Origin: Camelus ferus
Taxonomy: Eukaryota
Reading direction: 5' to 3'
Assembly: GCF_009834535.1 (NCBI RefSeq)
Contig: NC_045697.1
Coordinates: 119,972,001 to 120,036,000 of the forward strand
DNA length: 64,000 bases
The notes beneath the pieces were generated by a model that saw only the letters and a program-made list of their open reading frames with translations, was not told where the DNA came from and ran no database searches. The position numbers were made by a program, and so were the translations under genes. Below are positions 1-12,900 of this stretch, in pieces; the first letter of the stretch is position 1, and every line of letters begins with the position of its first letter.

Positions 1-1516
1 ACCAGACACTGCTGACCGTTGTAGGAAGTTCCGCACACGCAGGATAACAGAACACTATTTTTGGGTCAGATTGAGATGGTAAAAACTCAACGCATGTTTC
101 AGGGGGTACAGGTTTTCTTAGGTTGGGGGACGTCAGATTATTCCCATTAATGCCCATGGGAAATAATCATTCCTTCTTGGATTTCCATTCCATCCCCCAG
201 TTTCCCTTGCAACCCAGTCAGAGGAAGCAGTCAGGAAATTTAGCTAAATTTTTTTAGAACCCAGGCGCTGCTGACCGTTTTAGAAACTTCCCCATACACA
301 GGGTAACAGAACACTTCTTTGTGTGTTTGATGGAGTAGGAATACCAAGTCCATGCATGTATCTAGGGTTCAGGTGTAACCAGGTTTGGAGACGTTGGCTA
401 AATATCTCCACATCCCATGGGGTGGCATTCTGTTTTCTTCGTTTTTCAGCCCTATTCCCAGCTTTCCCTTGCAGCCCGGACATGTGAAACACCCATGGAT
501 GACAAATAAGTGATTCTATCAGAACCCTGGCGTTGCTGCCTGTTGGAGGAACCTCCAAACCTTCAGGATTCTGGAACACGTCTTTGAGTTTGGGGAGTTG
601 TGGAACCCCAATCCACGCAGATGGATGGGGTCACAGATTTGTCCCTGTTAGGGAGAAGCCTGCTAATTAACTCCACAGTGCATCTTGGGGCACTCGCTGC
701 TTCTTAGATTTTCAGTCTATCCCCCAGTTTTCCCACGCAGCCCGGCCTTGTAATACACTCAGTGATAATAAGCTAGGTTTCTATTGGAACCCAGGTGCTA
801 CAGACAATTGTAGGAACCTACCGTCACTCAGAATAACAGAACAATAATTTGAATGTCTGATTTAGATGGGTAAACTAAATCCACGCATGTTTCAGGTTGT
901 ATAGGCGATCCTAGGCTGTGGGAGGTCGGATAATTACATCCACTGTCCATGGGGAGTCCCTTGCAGTTTCTTGGATTCCAGCCCAACCCCCAGTGTTCCC
1001 TCGCATCCCGGTCTGTGAAAACACATAGGGAAAAAAAGCTACAGTTACTATAAGAACTAAGACGCACCTGACAGATGTAGAAACCTCCCTACACTAAGGA
1101 AAAGAGAACATAGCTTTGTTTGTGTGATGGAGTAGGAAAACACATTAAGGCATGTCTCTGGGGTGCAGGTTTCGCAGGATGGGAAATGTTGGCTAATTAC
1201 CTCCACTGCCCATGGGGGAGCACTTTCATCTTCTTCGATATCCAGCCCTAATCCTAGCATTACCTTGCAGCCCGACCGTGGAAAACACCCAGGGATGTCA
1301 AACTAAATCATTCTATCAGAACAAGGACGCTGCTGTATGTTGGGGTTTTGAATAGCACAAGATGCCTGGGGGCACAGTTTCTCTCTGTCTGGCAGAAGTC
1401 CGCTTATTACCTCTAAATTCAATTTCTGGGCAATCCTGGCTACTTGGCTTTCCATTCGAACCCCCAGTTTCCCTCGCAGCCCGCCCTGGAAACACTCAGA
1501 GATTATAAGCTAGTGG
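1..1516 (+). repeat. 6-mer sub-unit of HOR copy 1 (P, Q/X, Y, Z, a, truncated R/U)
   Basis: Anchors at ~252, 514, 779, 1046 and 1311. The last monomer is only ~206 bp. Repeated at 9965-11489 and 19939-21466. Confidence 0.88.
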
Positions 1517-4500
1517 TTCTATTGGAACAAAGGCACTGCAGACCATTGTAGGTAGCTCCGCACACGCAGGATAACAGAACACATTTTTTTGTGTCTGATT
1601 GAGATGGTAAAAACTCCATGCATGTCTCAGGGGGTACAGGTTTTCCTAGGTTGGGGGAGGTCAGATTATTCCCATTAATGCCCATGGGGAGGTAATCGCT
1701 CCTGCTTGGATTTCCATCCGATCCCCAATGTCCCTTGCAACCCATTCAGAGAAAACAGTCAGGAAATTTAGGTAAGTTTGTATTAGAACTCAGGCGGTGC
1801 TCACAGTTGTAGAAACCTCCCCATATACAGGGTAACAGAACCCTTCTTTGGTGTGAGATGGAGTAGGAATACACAGTCCATGCATGTATTTGGGGTGCAG
1901 ATGTAACCAGGTTGGGAGACGTTGGCTAAGTATCTACACAGCACATGGGGAGGCACTCTGTTTTCTTCGTTTTCCAGCCCTACTCCCAGCTTTCGCTTGC
2001 AGACCGGGTTAGGAAAACACCCAGGGATGACAAACTAAATCATTCTATCAGAACAAGTGCGCTCCTATATGATGGAGGAACCTCCAAACACTCAGGATTC
2101 CGGAACAGGGATTTGCTTGGTGCGAATTGTGAAGCCCCACAGCACACTCATTGCTGGGGCCCAAGATTTTCCCTTTTAGGTCCAAGTCCGCTAATTACCT
2201 CCATAGTCCATCTCGAGGCACTCGCTGCTACTTGGATTTCCAGCCCAAACCCAAGCTTTCACACGCAGCCCGGACTGGGAATACACACAGGTAAAATATG
2301 TTATTGGTTATAATGGAACCCAGTCTCTACCTACAGTTGTAGGAATCTTCCCACAACTAGGATAAAAGAAGAAACATTTGTGTGTCTGATGGAGATGGGT
2401 AAACAAACTCCACGCATGTATCAGGGGGCTTAGGTGTTCCAAGGCTGTGGGACGTCGGAAAATTTCCTCAAATTCTCATGGGGAGTAACTCGCTGCTGCT
2501 ACGAATTTCAGCCAAGCCCACAGCTTTACCTCGCAGCCAGGCCTGTGAAAATACTCATGGAAAACAAAATAATGGTTCTACTAGAACCTAGGCGCTGCTG
2601 AAAGTTGTGGAATCCTCCCCACACTCAGGATAGCAGAACACGCCTTTGTGTGTTTGATGGTGTAGAAAAATACACTCCAGGCATATTTCTGGCGGTACAG
2701 CTGTTCCCAGGTTTAGAGATGTCGCCTAATAACCTACACTGCCAATGGGGAGGCAATCTATACTTCTTCGCTTTGCAGACCATCTCCCAAATTTCCCTTA
2801 CAGCCCGGCATATGAAAACACATTGGGATGACAATATTAGTGATTCTATGAGAAACCCCTCGATGCTGCCTGTTGGAGGTACAACAAAACTCAAAATTCT
2901 GCAACATAGATTTGCTTGGTGGAGGTGTGGAGACCAACACCACAAGATTACTGGGGGGCACATTTCTCTCTGGGAGAAGTCCGCTAATTACCTCTACAGT
3001 CAATCTCTGGGCACTCGTTGCTACTTAGCTTTCAAGCCGAACCCCCAGCTTTCCCTCGCCGCACGCCCTGGAAAACACTCAGAGATTATAAGTTAAAGGT
3101 TCTATTGGAACTCAAGCACTGCAGACCTTTGTAGAACCTCCGAACACGCAGGATAACAGAAAAATTTTTTGTGTCTCTTTGAGATGGTAAAAGCTCCACG
3201 CATGTTTCAGGGTGTACTGGTGTTCCTAGGTTTTTGGGAGGTCAGATACATCCCACGACAGCCCATGGGGAAGTACTCGCGCCTGGTTGGCTTTCCAGCA
3301 AATCCCCCAGTTTCCTTTACAACCCAGCCTGAGAAAACAATCAGGAAATGTAGCTAAAGTTTCTATCAGAACCCCGGTGCTGCAGTCTGTTGTAGGAACT
3401 TCAACACACACAGGGTTCCCAAACACGGCTTGCTTGGAAGAGTTTTGAAGCCCCAATCCACAAACATGTCTGGGGGCTCAATTTTTTCAATGTTAGGGAT
3501 AAGTCCGCTAATTAGATCTACAGTCCTTCTCGGGCACCCGCTTCGACTTGGAATTCCAGCCCAACACCCATGATTCCCTTGCAGCCAGGCCTGGGTTTAC
3601 ACAGAGGGAAAAGAAGCTATTGGTGCTATTCGAACCCATGCCCTGCTGACAATTGTGGAAACCTTCGAACACTGAGGATAACAGAACATAACTTTCTGTG
3701 TGTGATGGAGTAGGAAAACACACTCTAGGCATTTTATGGGGATCCATGATTTCCCAGGTTGGGAGATATCGGCTAGATTCCTTCAGTGCCCATGGGGTGG
3801 CACTGTCTTCTTCTTCATTTTCAAGCCCAACTACAAACTTTCCCTTGCAGCCCGGACAATTGAAACACCTATGTATGACCAATAAGTGATTCTATCAGAA
3901 CCACGGCGTTGCAGTCTGATGGAGGAACCTCCAAACTTTCAGGATTCTGGAACACGTCTTTGAGTGTGGGGAGTTGTGGAACCCCAATCCACGCAGATGG
4001 ATGGGGTCACAGATTTGTCCCTGTTAGGGAGAAGTCTGCTAATTACCTCCACATTGCATTTGAGTCACTCGCTGCTTCTTGGATTTTCAGTCTATCCCCC
4101 AGTTTTTCACTCATAGCCCATCCGTTTAAAACACTCAGTGATAATAAGCTAGGTTTCTATTGGACCCAGGTGCTGCAGAAAATTATAGGTACCTCCCCAC
4201 ACTCAGAATAACAGAACAATACTTTGAGTGTCTGATTTAGATAGGTAAACTAAATCCACGCATATTTCATTTTGTATAGGTTTTCCTAGGTTGTGGGAGT
4301 TCGGATAATTACATCCACTGTCCATGGGGAGTCCCTTGCAGTTTCTTGGATTCCAGCCCAACCCCCAGCGTTCCCTCGCATCCCGGTCTGTGAAAACACA
4401 CAGGAAAAAAAGGTACAGTTTCTATAAGAACTAAGACGCTCCTGACAGTTGTAGAAACCTCCCTACACTAAGGAAAACAGAACATAGCTTTGTGTGAGTG

Positions 4501-5741
4501 ATGGAGTAGGAAAACACATTAAGGCATGTCCCTGGGGTGCAGGGTGTTCGCAGGATGGGAAATGTTGGCTAATTACCTCCACTGCCCATGGGGGAGCACT
4601 TTCATCTTCTTCGATATCCAGCCCTAATCCTAGCATTCCCTTGCAGCCCGACCGTGGACAACACCCAGGGATGTCAAACTAAATCATTCTATCAGAACCA
4701 GGGCGCTGCTGTATGTTGCAGGAATCTCTAAACTCTCATCATTCCGGAACACGGAATTGATTGGAAGAATTTTGAAGCCCCACAACACACTCATCCCTGG
4801 GGCCCAAGATTTTCCCTTTTATGGCCAAGTCCGCTAATTACCTCAATAGTCCATCTCGGGGCACTCGCAGGTACTTGGATTTCCAGCACAAACCCAAGAT
4901 TTCCCTCGCAGCCCGGCCTGGGAGAACCCACAGGAAAATATGTTATTGGTTGTAATGTAACCCAGTCTCTACCTACGGTAGTAGTAATCTTCCCAGAACT
5001 AGGATAAAAGCAGAAAAATTTGTGTGTCTGATGGAGATGGGTAAACAATCTCCAAGTATGTATCAGGGGGCTAAGATGTTTCAAGGCATTGGGATGTCGG
5101 AAAATTACCTCACATTCTCATGGGGAGTAACTCGGTGCTGCTATGAATTAAAGCCAAGCCCACAGCTTTACCTCGCAGCCAGGCCTGTGAAAAAACTCAC
5201 GGAAATCTAAATAATGGTGCTACTAGTACACAGGTGTTGCTGAAAGTTTAGAATCCTCCCCACTCTCAGGATAGCAGAACAAATTTGTGTGTGTAATGGT
5301 GGAGGAAAATACACTCCAGGCAAGTTTCCGGGGGTACAGCTGTTTCCAGGTTTGGAGATGTCGCATAATTGCCTCCACTTCCAATGGGGAGGCACTCTAT
5401 ACTTCTTCGCTTTCCAGACCACCTCCCAGCTTCGTGTGAAGCCCGGCCTAAGAAAAAACCTAGGGATGACAATATTAGTGATTCTATCAGAACCCCCACT
5501 CTGCTGTCTTTTGGAGGTACAAACACACACTCAAAATTCCGGAAAAGTCTTTGCTTGGTGGAGGTTTGGAGACCAATACCACAAGATGCCTGGGGGCACA
5601 GTTTCTCTCTGTCTGGCAGAAGCCCACTTATTACCTCTAAATTCAATTTCTGGGCAATCCTGGCTACTTGGCTTTCCATTCGAACCCCCAGTTTCCCTCA
5701 CAGTCCGCCCTGGAAAACACTCAGAGATTATAAGCTAGTGG
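1517..5741 (+). repeat. 16-mer sub-unit A of HOR copy 1 (P Q R S T U V W X Y Z a R' S' T' U'), ~4.22 kb
   Basis: Sixteen anchors lie between 1517 and 5742. Repeated at 11490-15708 and 21467-25694. Confidence 0.9.
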
Positions 5742-8700
5742 TTCTATTGGAACCAAGGCACTGCAGACCGTTGTAGGAAGCTCCGCACACGCAGGATAAC
5801 AGAACAATTTTTTTGTGTCCTGATTGAGATGGTAAAAACTCCACGCCTTTTTCAGGGGGTACAGGTTTTCCTAGGTTGGGGGAGGTCAGATTATTCCCAT
5901 TAATGCCCATGGGGAGGTAATCGCTCCTGCTTGGATTTCCATCCCATCCCCAAGTGTCCCTTGCAACTCAGTCAGAGAAAACAGTCAGGAAATTTAGGTA
6001 AGTTTGTATTAGAACCCAGGCGGTGCTCACAGTTGTAGAAACCTCCCCATACCAGGGTAACAGAACACTTCTTTGGTGTGTGATGGAGTAGGAATACACA
6101 GTCCATGCATGTATTTGGGGTGCAGGTGTAACCAGGTGGGAGACGTTGGCTAAGTATCTCCACAGCCCATGGGGAGGCACTCTGTTTTTCTTCGTTTTCC
6201 AGCCCTACTCCCAGCTTTCGCTTGCAGCCCGGGTTAGGAAAACACCCAGGGATGACAAACTAAATCATTCTATCTGAACAAGTGCGCTCCTATATGATGG
6301 AGGAACCTCCAAACACTCAGGATTCCGGAACAGGGATTTGCTTGGTGCGAATTGTGAGGCCCCAAAGCACACTCATTGCTGGGGCCCAAGATTTTCCCTT
6401 TTAGGTCCAAGTCCGCTAATTACCTCCATAGTCCATCTCGAGGCACTCGCTGCTACTTGGATTTCCAGCCCAAACCCAAGCTTTCACACGCAGCCCGGAC
6501 TGGGAATACACACAGGTAAATATGTTATTGGTTATAATGGAACCCAGTCTCTACCTACAGTTGTAGGAATCTTCCCACAACTAGGATAAAAGAAGAAACA
6601 TTTGTGTGTCTGATGGACATGGGTAAACAAACTCCATGCATGTATTAGGGGGCTTAGGTGTTCCAAGGCTGTGGGATGTCGGAAAATTTCCTCAAATTCT
6701 CATGGGGAGTAACGCTGCTGCTACGAATTTCAGCCAAGCCCACAGCTTTACCTCGCAGCCAGGCTTGTGAAAAAACTCATGGAAAACAAAATACTGGTTC
6801 TACTAGAACCAGGGCGCTGCTGAAAGTTGTGGAATCCTCCCCACACTCAGGATAGCAGAACACACCTTTGTGTGTGTGATGGTGTAGAAAAATACACTCC
6901 AGGCATATTTCTGGGGTACAGCTGTTCCCAGGTTTAGAGATGTCGCCTAATAACCTCCCACTGCCAAGGGGAGGCAATCTAAACTTCTTCGGTTTGCAGA
7001 ACATCTCCCAAATTTCCCTTACAGCCCGGCGTACGAAAACACCTTGGGATGAAAATATTAGTGATTCTATGAGAAACCCCTCGATGCTGCCTGTTGGAGG
7101 TACAACAAAAACTCAAAATTCTGGAACATAGCTTTGCTTGGTGGAGGTGTGGAGACCAACACCACAAGATTACTGGGGGCACAGTTCTCTCTGGGAGAAG
7201 TCCGCTAATTACCTCTACAGTCAATCTCTGGGCACTCGTTGCTACTTGGCTTTCAAGCCGAACCCCCAGCTTTCCCTCGCCGCACGCCCTGGAAAACACT
7301 CAGAGATTATAAGTTAAAGGTTCTATTGGAACTCAAGCACTGCAGACCTTTGTAGGAACCTCCGAACACGCAGGATAACAGAAAAAATTTTTTGTGTCTC
7401 ATTGAGATGGTAAAAGCTCCACGCATGTTTCAGGGTGTACTGGTGTTCCTAGGTTTTTGGGAGGTCAGATACAACCCACTACAGCCCATGGGGAAGTACT
7501 CGCGCCTGGTTGGCTTTCCAGCAAATCCCCCAGTTTCCTTTACAACCCAGCCTGAGAAAACAATCAGGAAATGTAGCTAAAGTTTCTATCAGAACCCCGG
7601 TGCTGCAGTCTGTTGTAGGAACTTCAACACACACAGGGTTCCCAAACACGGCTTTGCTTGGAAGAGTTTTGAAGCCCCAATCCACAAACATGTCTGGGGG
7701 CTCAATTTTTTCCCTGTTAGGGATAAGTCCGCTAATTAGATCTACAGTCCTTCTCGGGCACCCGCTGCGACTTGGAATTCCAGCCCAACCCCCAAGATTC
7801 CCTTGCAGCCAGGCCTGGGTTTACACAGAGGGAAAAGAAGCTATTGGTGCTATTCGAACCCATGCCCTGCTGACACTTGTGGAAACCTTCGAACACTCAG
7901 GATAACAGAACATATCTTTCTGTGTGTGATGGAGTAGGAAAACACACTCCAGGCATTTTTATGGGGATCCATGATTTCCCAGGTTGGGAGATATCGGCTA
8001 GATTCCTTCAGTGCCCATGGGGTGGCACTGTCTTCTTCTTCATTTTCAAGCCCAACTCCAAGCTTTCCCTTGCAGCCCGGACAATTGAAACACCCATGTA
8101 TGACCAATAAGTGATTCTATCAGAACCAAGGCATTGCAGTCTGATGGAGGAACCTCCAAATTTTCAGAATTCTGGAACACGTCTTTGAGTGTGGGGAGTT
8201 GTGGAACCCCAATCCACGCAGATGGATGGGGTCACAGATTTGTCCCTGTTAGGGAGAAGTCCGCTAATTACCTCCACAGTGCATCTTGGGGCACTCGCTG
8301 CTTCTTGGATTTTCAGTCTATCCCCCAGTTTACACTTACAGCCCAAATTTTAAAACACTCAATGATAATAAGCTACGTTTTATTGGACCCAGGTGCTGCA
8401 GACAATTGTAGGTACATCCCCACACTCAGAATAACAGAACAATACTTTGAGTGTCTGATTTAGATAGGTAAACTAAATCCATGCATGTTTCATTTTGTAT
8501 AGGTTTTCCTAGTTTGTGGGAGTTCGGATAATTACATCCACTCTCCATGGTGTGCCCCTTGCCGTTTCTTGGATTCCAGCCCAAACCCCAGCATTCCCTC
8601 GCATCCCGCCTGTGAAAAGACTCAGGGAAAATTAGCTACAGTTTCTATAAGAAGTAAGGCACTCCTGACAGTTGTAGAAACCTCCCTACACTAAGGAAAA

Positions 8701-9964
8701 CAGAACACAGCTTTGTGTGTGATGTAGTAGGAAAACACAGTAAGGCATATCTCTGGGTTCAGGTGTTCGCAGGTTGTGAAATGTTGGCTAATTACCTCCA
8801 CTGCCCGTGGGGAAGTACTCTCTTCTTCTTCGATATCCAGCCCTATTCCTAGCATTCCCTTGAAGCCCGACCATGGAAAACACCCAGGGATGACAAACTA
8901 AATCATTCTGTTAGAACCAGGGTGCTGCTGTACGTTGGAGGAACCTCCAAACACTCAGGATTCCGGAACACAGATTTGCTTGATGCGAATTGTGAAGCCC
9001 CACAGCACACTCTATGCTGGGGCCCAAGATTTTCCCTTTTAGGGCTAAGTCGGCTAATTACCTCCATAGTCCATTTCGGGGCATTCGTTTTACTTGGATT
9101 TAAAGCCCAACCCAAGCTTTCCCACGCAGACCGGCCTGGGAAATCACACAGGGAAAATATGTTATTGGTTGTAACAGAACCCAGGCTCTACTTACCGTTG
9201 TAGGAAACTTCCCACAACTAGGATAAAAGAAGAAATATTTTTGTGTCTGATGGAGATGAGTAAACACACTCCAAGCATGTATCATTGTGCTTGGGGTTTC
9301 CAAGGCTGTGGGACGTCGGAAAATTACCTCAAATTCTCATGGGGTGTAACTCGCTGCTGCTGCGAATTACAGCCAAGCCCACAGCTTTACCACGCAGCCA
9401 GGCCTGTGAAAAAATTAAAGGAAAACTAAATACTGGTGCTACTAGAACCCAGGAGCTGCTGAAAATTGTAGAATACTCCGCACACTCAGGATAGCAGAAC
9501 AAATTTTTTTGTGTGTGAAGGTGTATGAAAATACACTCCAGGCATGTTTCCGGGGGTACAGGTGTTCCCAGGTTTGGAGATGTCGCCTAATTACCTCCAC
9601 TGCCAATGGGGAGGCACTCTATACTTCTTCGCTTTCCAGACTAATTCCCAGCTTTCCTTTGAAGCCCGGCCTAAGGAAACACCTTGGGATGACAATATTA
9701 GTGATTCTATCAGAACCCCATCTCTGCTGACAGTTGGAGGTACAACACACACTCAAATTTCCGGGAAATGGCTTTGCTTGGTGGAGGTGTGGAGACAAAC
9801 ACCACAGGATTCCTGGGGGCACAGTTTCTCTCTGTCTGGGAGAAGCCCACTAATTACCTCTACAGTCAATTTCTGGGCAATCCTGGCTACTTGTCTTTCC
9901 AGCCGAACCCCCAGATTCCCTCGCAGCCCACCCTGGAAAACACTCAGTGATTATTAGCTAGTGG
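5742..9964 (+). repeat. 16-mer sub-unit B of HOR copy 1, ~4.22 kb
   Basis: Same monomer order as sub-unit A at a 4223-bp offset (ORF 3169 vs 7392). Repeated at 15709-19938 and 25695-~29505. Confidence 0.9.
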
Positions 9965-12900
9965 TTCTGTTGGAAACCAGACACTGCTGACCGTTGTAGG
10001 AAGTTCCGCACACGCAGGATAACAGAACACTATTTTTGGGTCAGATTGAGATGGTAAAAACTCAACGCATGTTTCAGGGGGTACAGGTTTTCTTAGGTTG
10101 GGGGACGTCAGATTATTCCCATTAATGCCCATGGGAAATAATCATTCCTTCTTGGATTTCCATTCCATCCCCCAGTTTCCCTTGCAACCCAGTCAGAGGA
10201 AGCAGTCAGGAAATTTAGCTAAATTTTTTTAGAACCCAGGCGCTGCTGACCGTTTTAGAAACTTCCCCATACACAGGGTAACAGAACACTTCTTTGTGTT
10301 TGATGGAGTAGGAATACCAAGTCCATGCATGTATCTAGGGTTCAGGTGTAACCAGGTTTGGAGACGTTGGCTAAATATCTCCACATCCCATGGGGTGGCA
10401 TTCTGTTTTCTTCGTTTTTCAGCCCTATTCCCAGCTTTCCCTTGCAGCCCGGACATGTGAAACACCCATGGATGACAAATAAGTGATTCTATCAGAACCC
10501 TGGCGTTGCTGCCTGTTGGAGGAACCTCCAAACCTTCAGGATTCTGGAACACGTCTTTGAGTTTGGGGAGTTGTGGAACCCCAATCCACGCAGATGGATG
10601 GGGTCACAGATTTGTCCCTGTTAGGGAGAAGCCTGCTAATTAACTCCACAGTGCATCTTGGGGCACTCGCTGCTTCTTAGATTTTCAGTCTATCCCCCAG
10701 TTTTCCCACGCAGCCCGGCCTTGTAATACACTCAGTGATAATAAGCTAGGTTTCTATTGGAACCCAGGTGCTACAGACAATTGTAGGAACCTACCGTCAC
10801 TCAGAATAACAGAACAATAATTTGAATGTCTGATTTAGATGGGTAAACTAAATCCACGCATGTTTCAGGTTGTATAGGCGATCCTAGGCTGTGGGAGGTC
10901 GGATAATTACATCCACTGTCCATGGGGAGTCCCTTGCAGTTTCTTGGATTCCAGCCCAACCCCCAGTGTTCCCTCGCATCCCGGTCTGTGAAAACACATA
11001 GGGAAAAAAAGCTACAGTTACTATAAGAACTAAGACGCACCTGACAGATGTAGAAACCTCCCTACACTAAGGAAAAGAGAACATAGCTTTGTTTGTGTGA
11101 TGGAGTAGGAAAACACATTAAGGCATGTCTCTGGGGTGCAGGTTTCGCAGGATGGGAAATGTTGGCTAATTACCTCCACTGCCCATGGGGAGCACTTTCA
11201 TCTTCTTCGATATCCAGCCCTAATCCTAGCATTACCTTGCAGCCCGACCGTGGAAAACACCCAGGGATGTCAAACTAAATCATTCTATCAGAACAAGGAC
11301 GCTGCTGTATGTTGGGGTTTTGAATAGCACAAGATGCCTGGGGGCACAGTTTCTCTCTGTCTGGCAGAAGTCCGCTTATTACCTCTAAATTCAATTTCTG
11401 GGCAATCCTGGCTACTTGGCTTTCCATTCGAACCCCCAGTTTCCCTCGCAGCCCGCCCTGGAAAACACTCAGAGATTATAAGCTAGTGGTTCTATTGGAA
11501 CAAAGGCACTGCAGACCATTGTAGGTAGCTCCGCACACGCAGGATAACAGAACACATTTTTTTGTGTCTGATTGAGATGGTAAAAACTCCATGCATGTCT
11601 CAGGGGGTACAGGTTTTCCTAGGTTGGGGGAGGTCAGATTATTCCCATTAATGCCCATGGGGAGGTAATCGCTCCTGCTTGGATTTCCATCCGATCCCCA
11701 ATGTCCCTTGCAACCCATTCAGAGAAAACAGTCAGGAAATTTAGGTAAGTTTGTATTAGAACTCAGGCGGTGCTCACAGTTGTAGAAACCTCCCCATATA
11801 CAGGGTAACAGAACCCTTCTTTGGTGTGAGATGGAGTAGGAATACACAGTCCATGCATGTATTTGGGGTGCAGATGTAACCAGGTTGGGAGACGTTGGCT
11901 AAGTATCTACACAGCACATGGGGAGGCACTCTGTTTTCTTCGTTTTCCAGCCCTACTCCCAGCTTTCGCTTGCAGACCGGGTTAGGAAAACACCCAGGGA
12001 TGACAAACTAAATCATTCTATCAGAACAAGTGCGCTCCTATATGATGGAGGAACCTCCAAACACTCAGGATTCCGGAACAGGGATTTGCTTGGTGCGAAT
12101 TGTGAAGCCCCACAGCACACTCATTGCTGGGGCCCAAGATTTTCCCTTTTAGGTCCAAGTCCGCTAATTACCTCCATAGTCCATCTCGAGGCACTCGCTG
12201 CTACTTGGATTTCCAGCCCAAACCCAAGCTTTCACACGCAGCCCGGACTGGGAATACACACAGGTAAATATGTTATTGGTTATAATGGAACCCAGTCTCT
12301 ACCTACAGTTGTAGGAATCTTCCCACAACTAGGATAAAAGAAGAAACATTTGTGTGTCTGATGGAGATGGGTAAACAAACTCCACGCATGTATCAGGGGG
12401 CTTAGGTGTTCCAAGGCTGTGGGACGTCGGAAAATTTCCTCAAATTCTCATGGGGAGTAACTCGCTGCTGCTACGAATTTCAGCCAAGCCCACAGCTTTA
12501 CCTCGCAGCCAGGCCTGTGAAAATACTCATGGAAAACAAAATAATGGTTCTACTAGAACCTAGGCGCTGCTGAAAGTTGTGGAATCCTCCCCACACTCAG
12601 GATAGCAGAACACGCCTTTGTGTGTTTGATGGTGTAGAAAAATACACTCCAGGCATATTTCTGGCGGTACAGCTGTTCCCAGGTTTAGAGATGTCGCCTA
12701 ATAACCTACACTGCCAATGGGGAGGCAATCTATACTTCTTCGCTTTGCAGACCATCTCCCAAATTTCCCTTACAGCCCGGCATATGAAAACACATTGGGA
12801 TGACAATATTAGTGATTCTATGAGAAACCCCTCGATGCTGCCTGTTGGAGGTACAACAAAACTCAAAATTCTGCAACATAGATTTGCTTGGTGGAGGTGT

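Noticed and set aside
1991..2009. CENP-B-box-like TTTCGCTTGCAGACCGGGT (also ~6216 and HOR copies)
   Set aside because: Spacing is TTCG-N5-A-N3-CGGG, whereas the canonical core is TTCG-N4-A-N2-CGGG. No canonical box was spotted by eye; a regex scan on both strands would be definitive.
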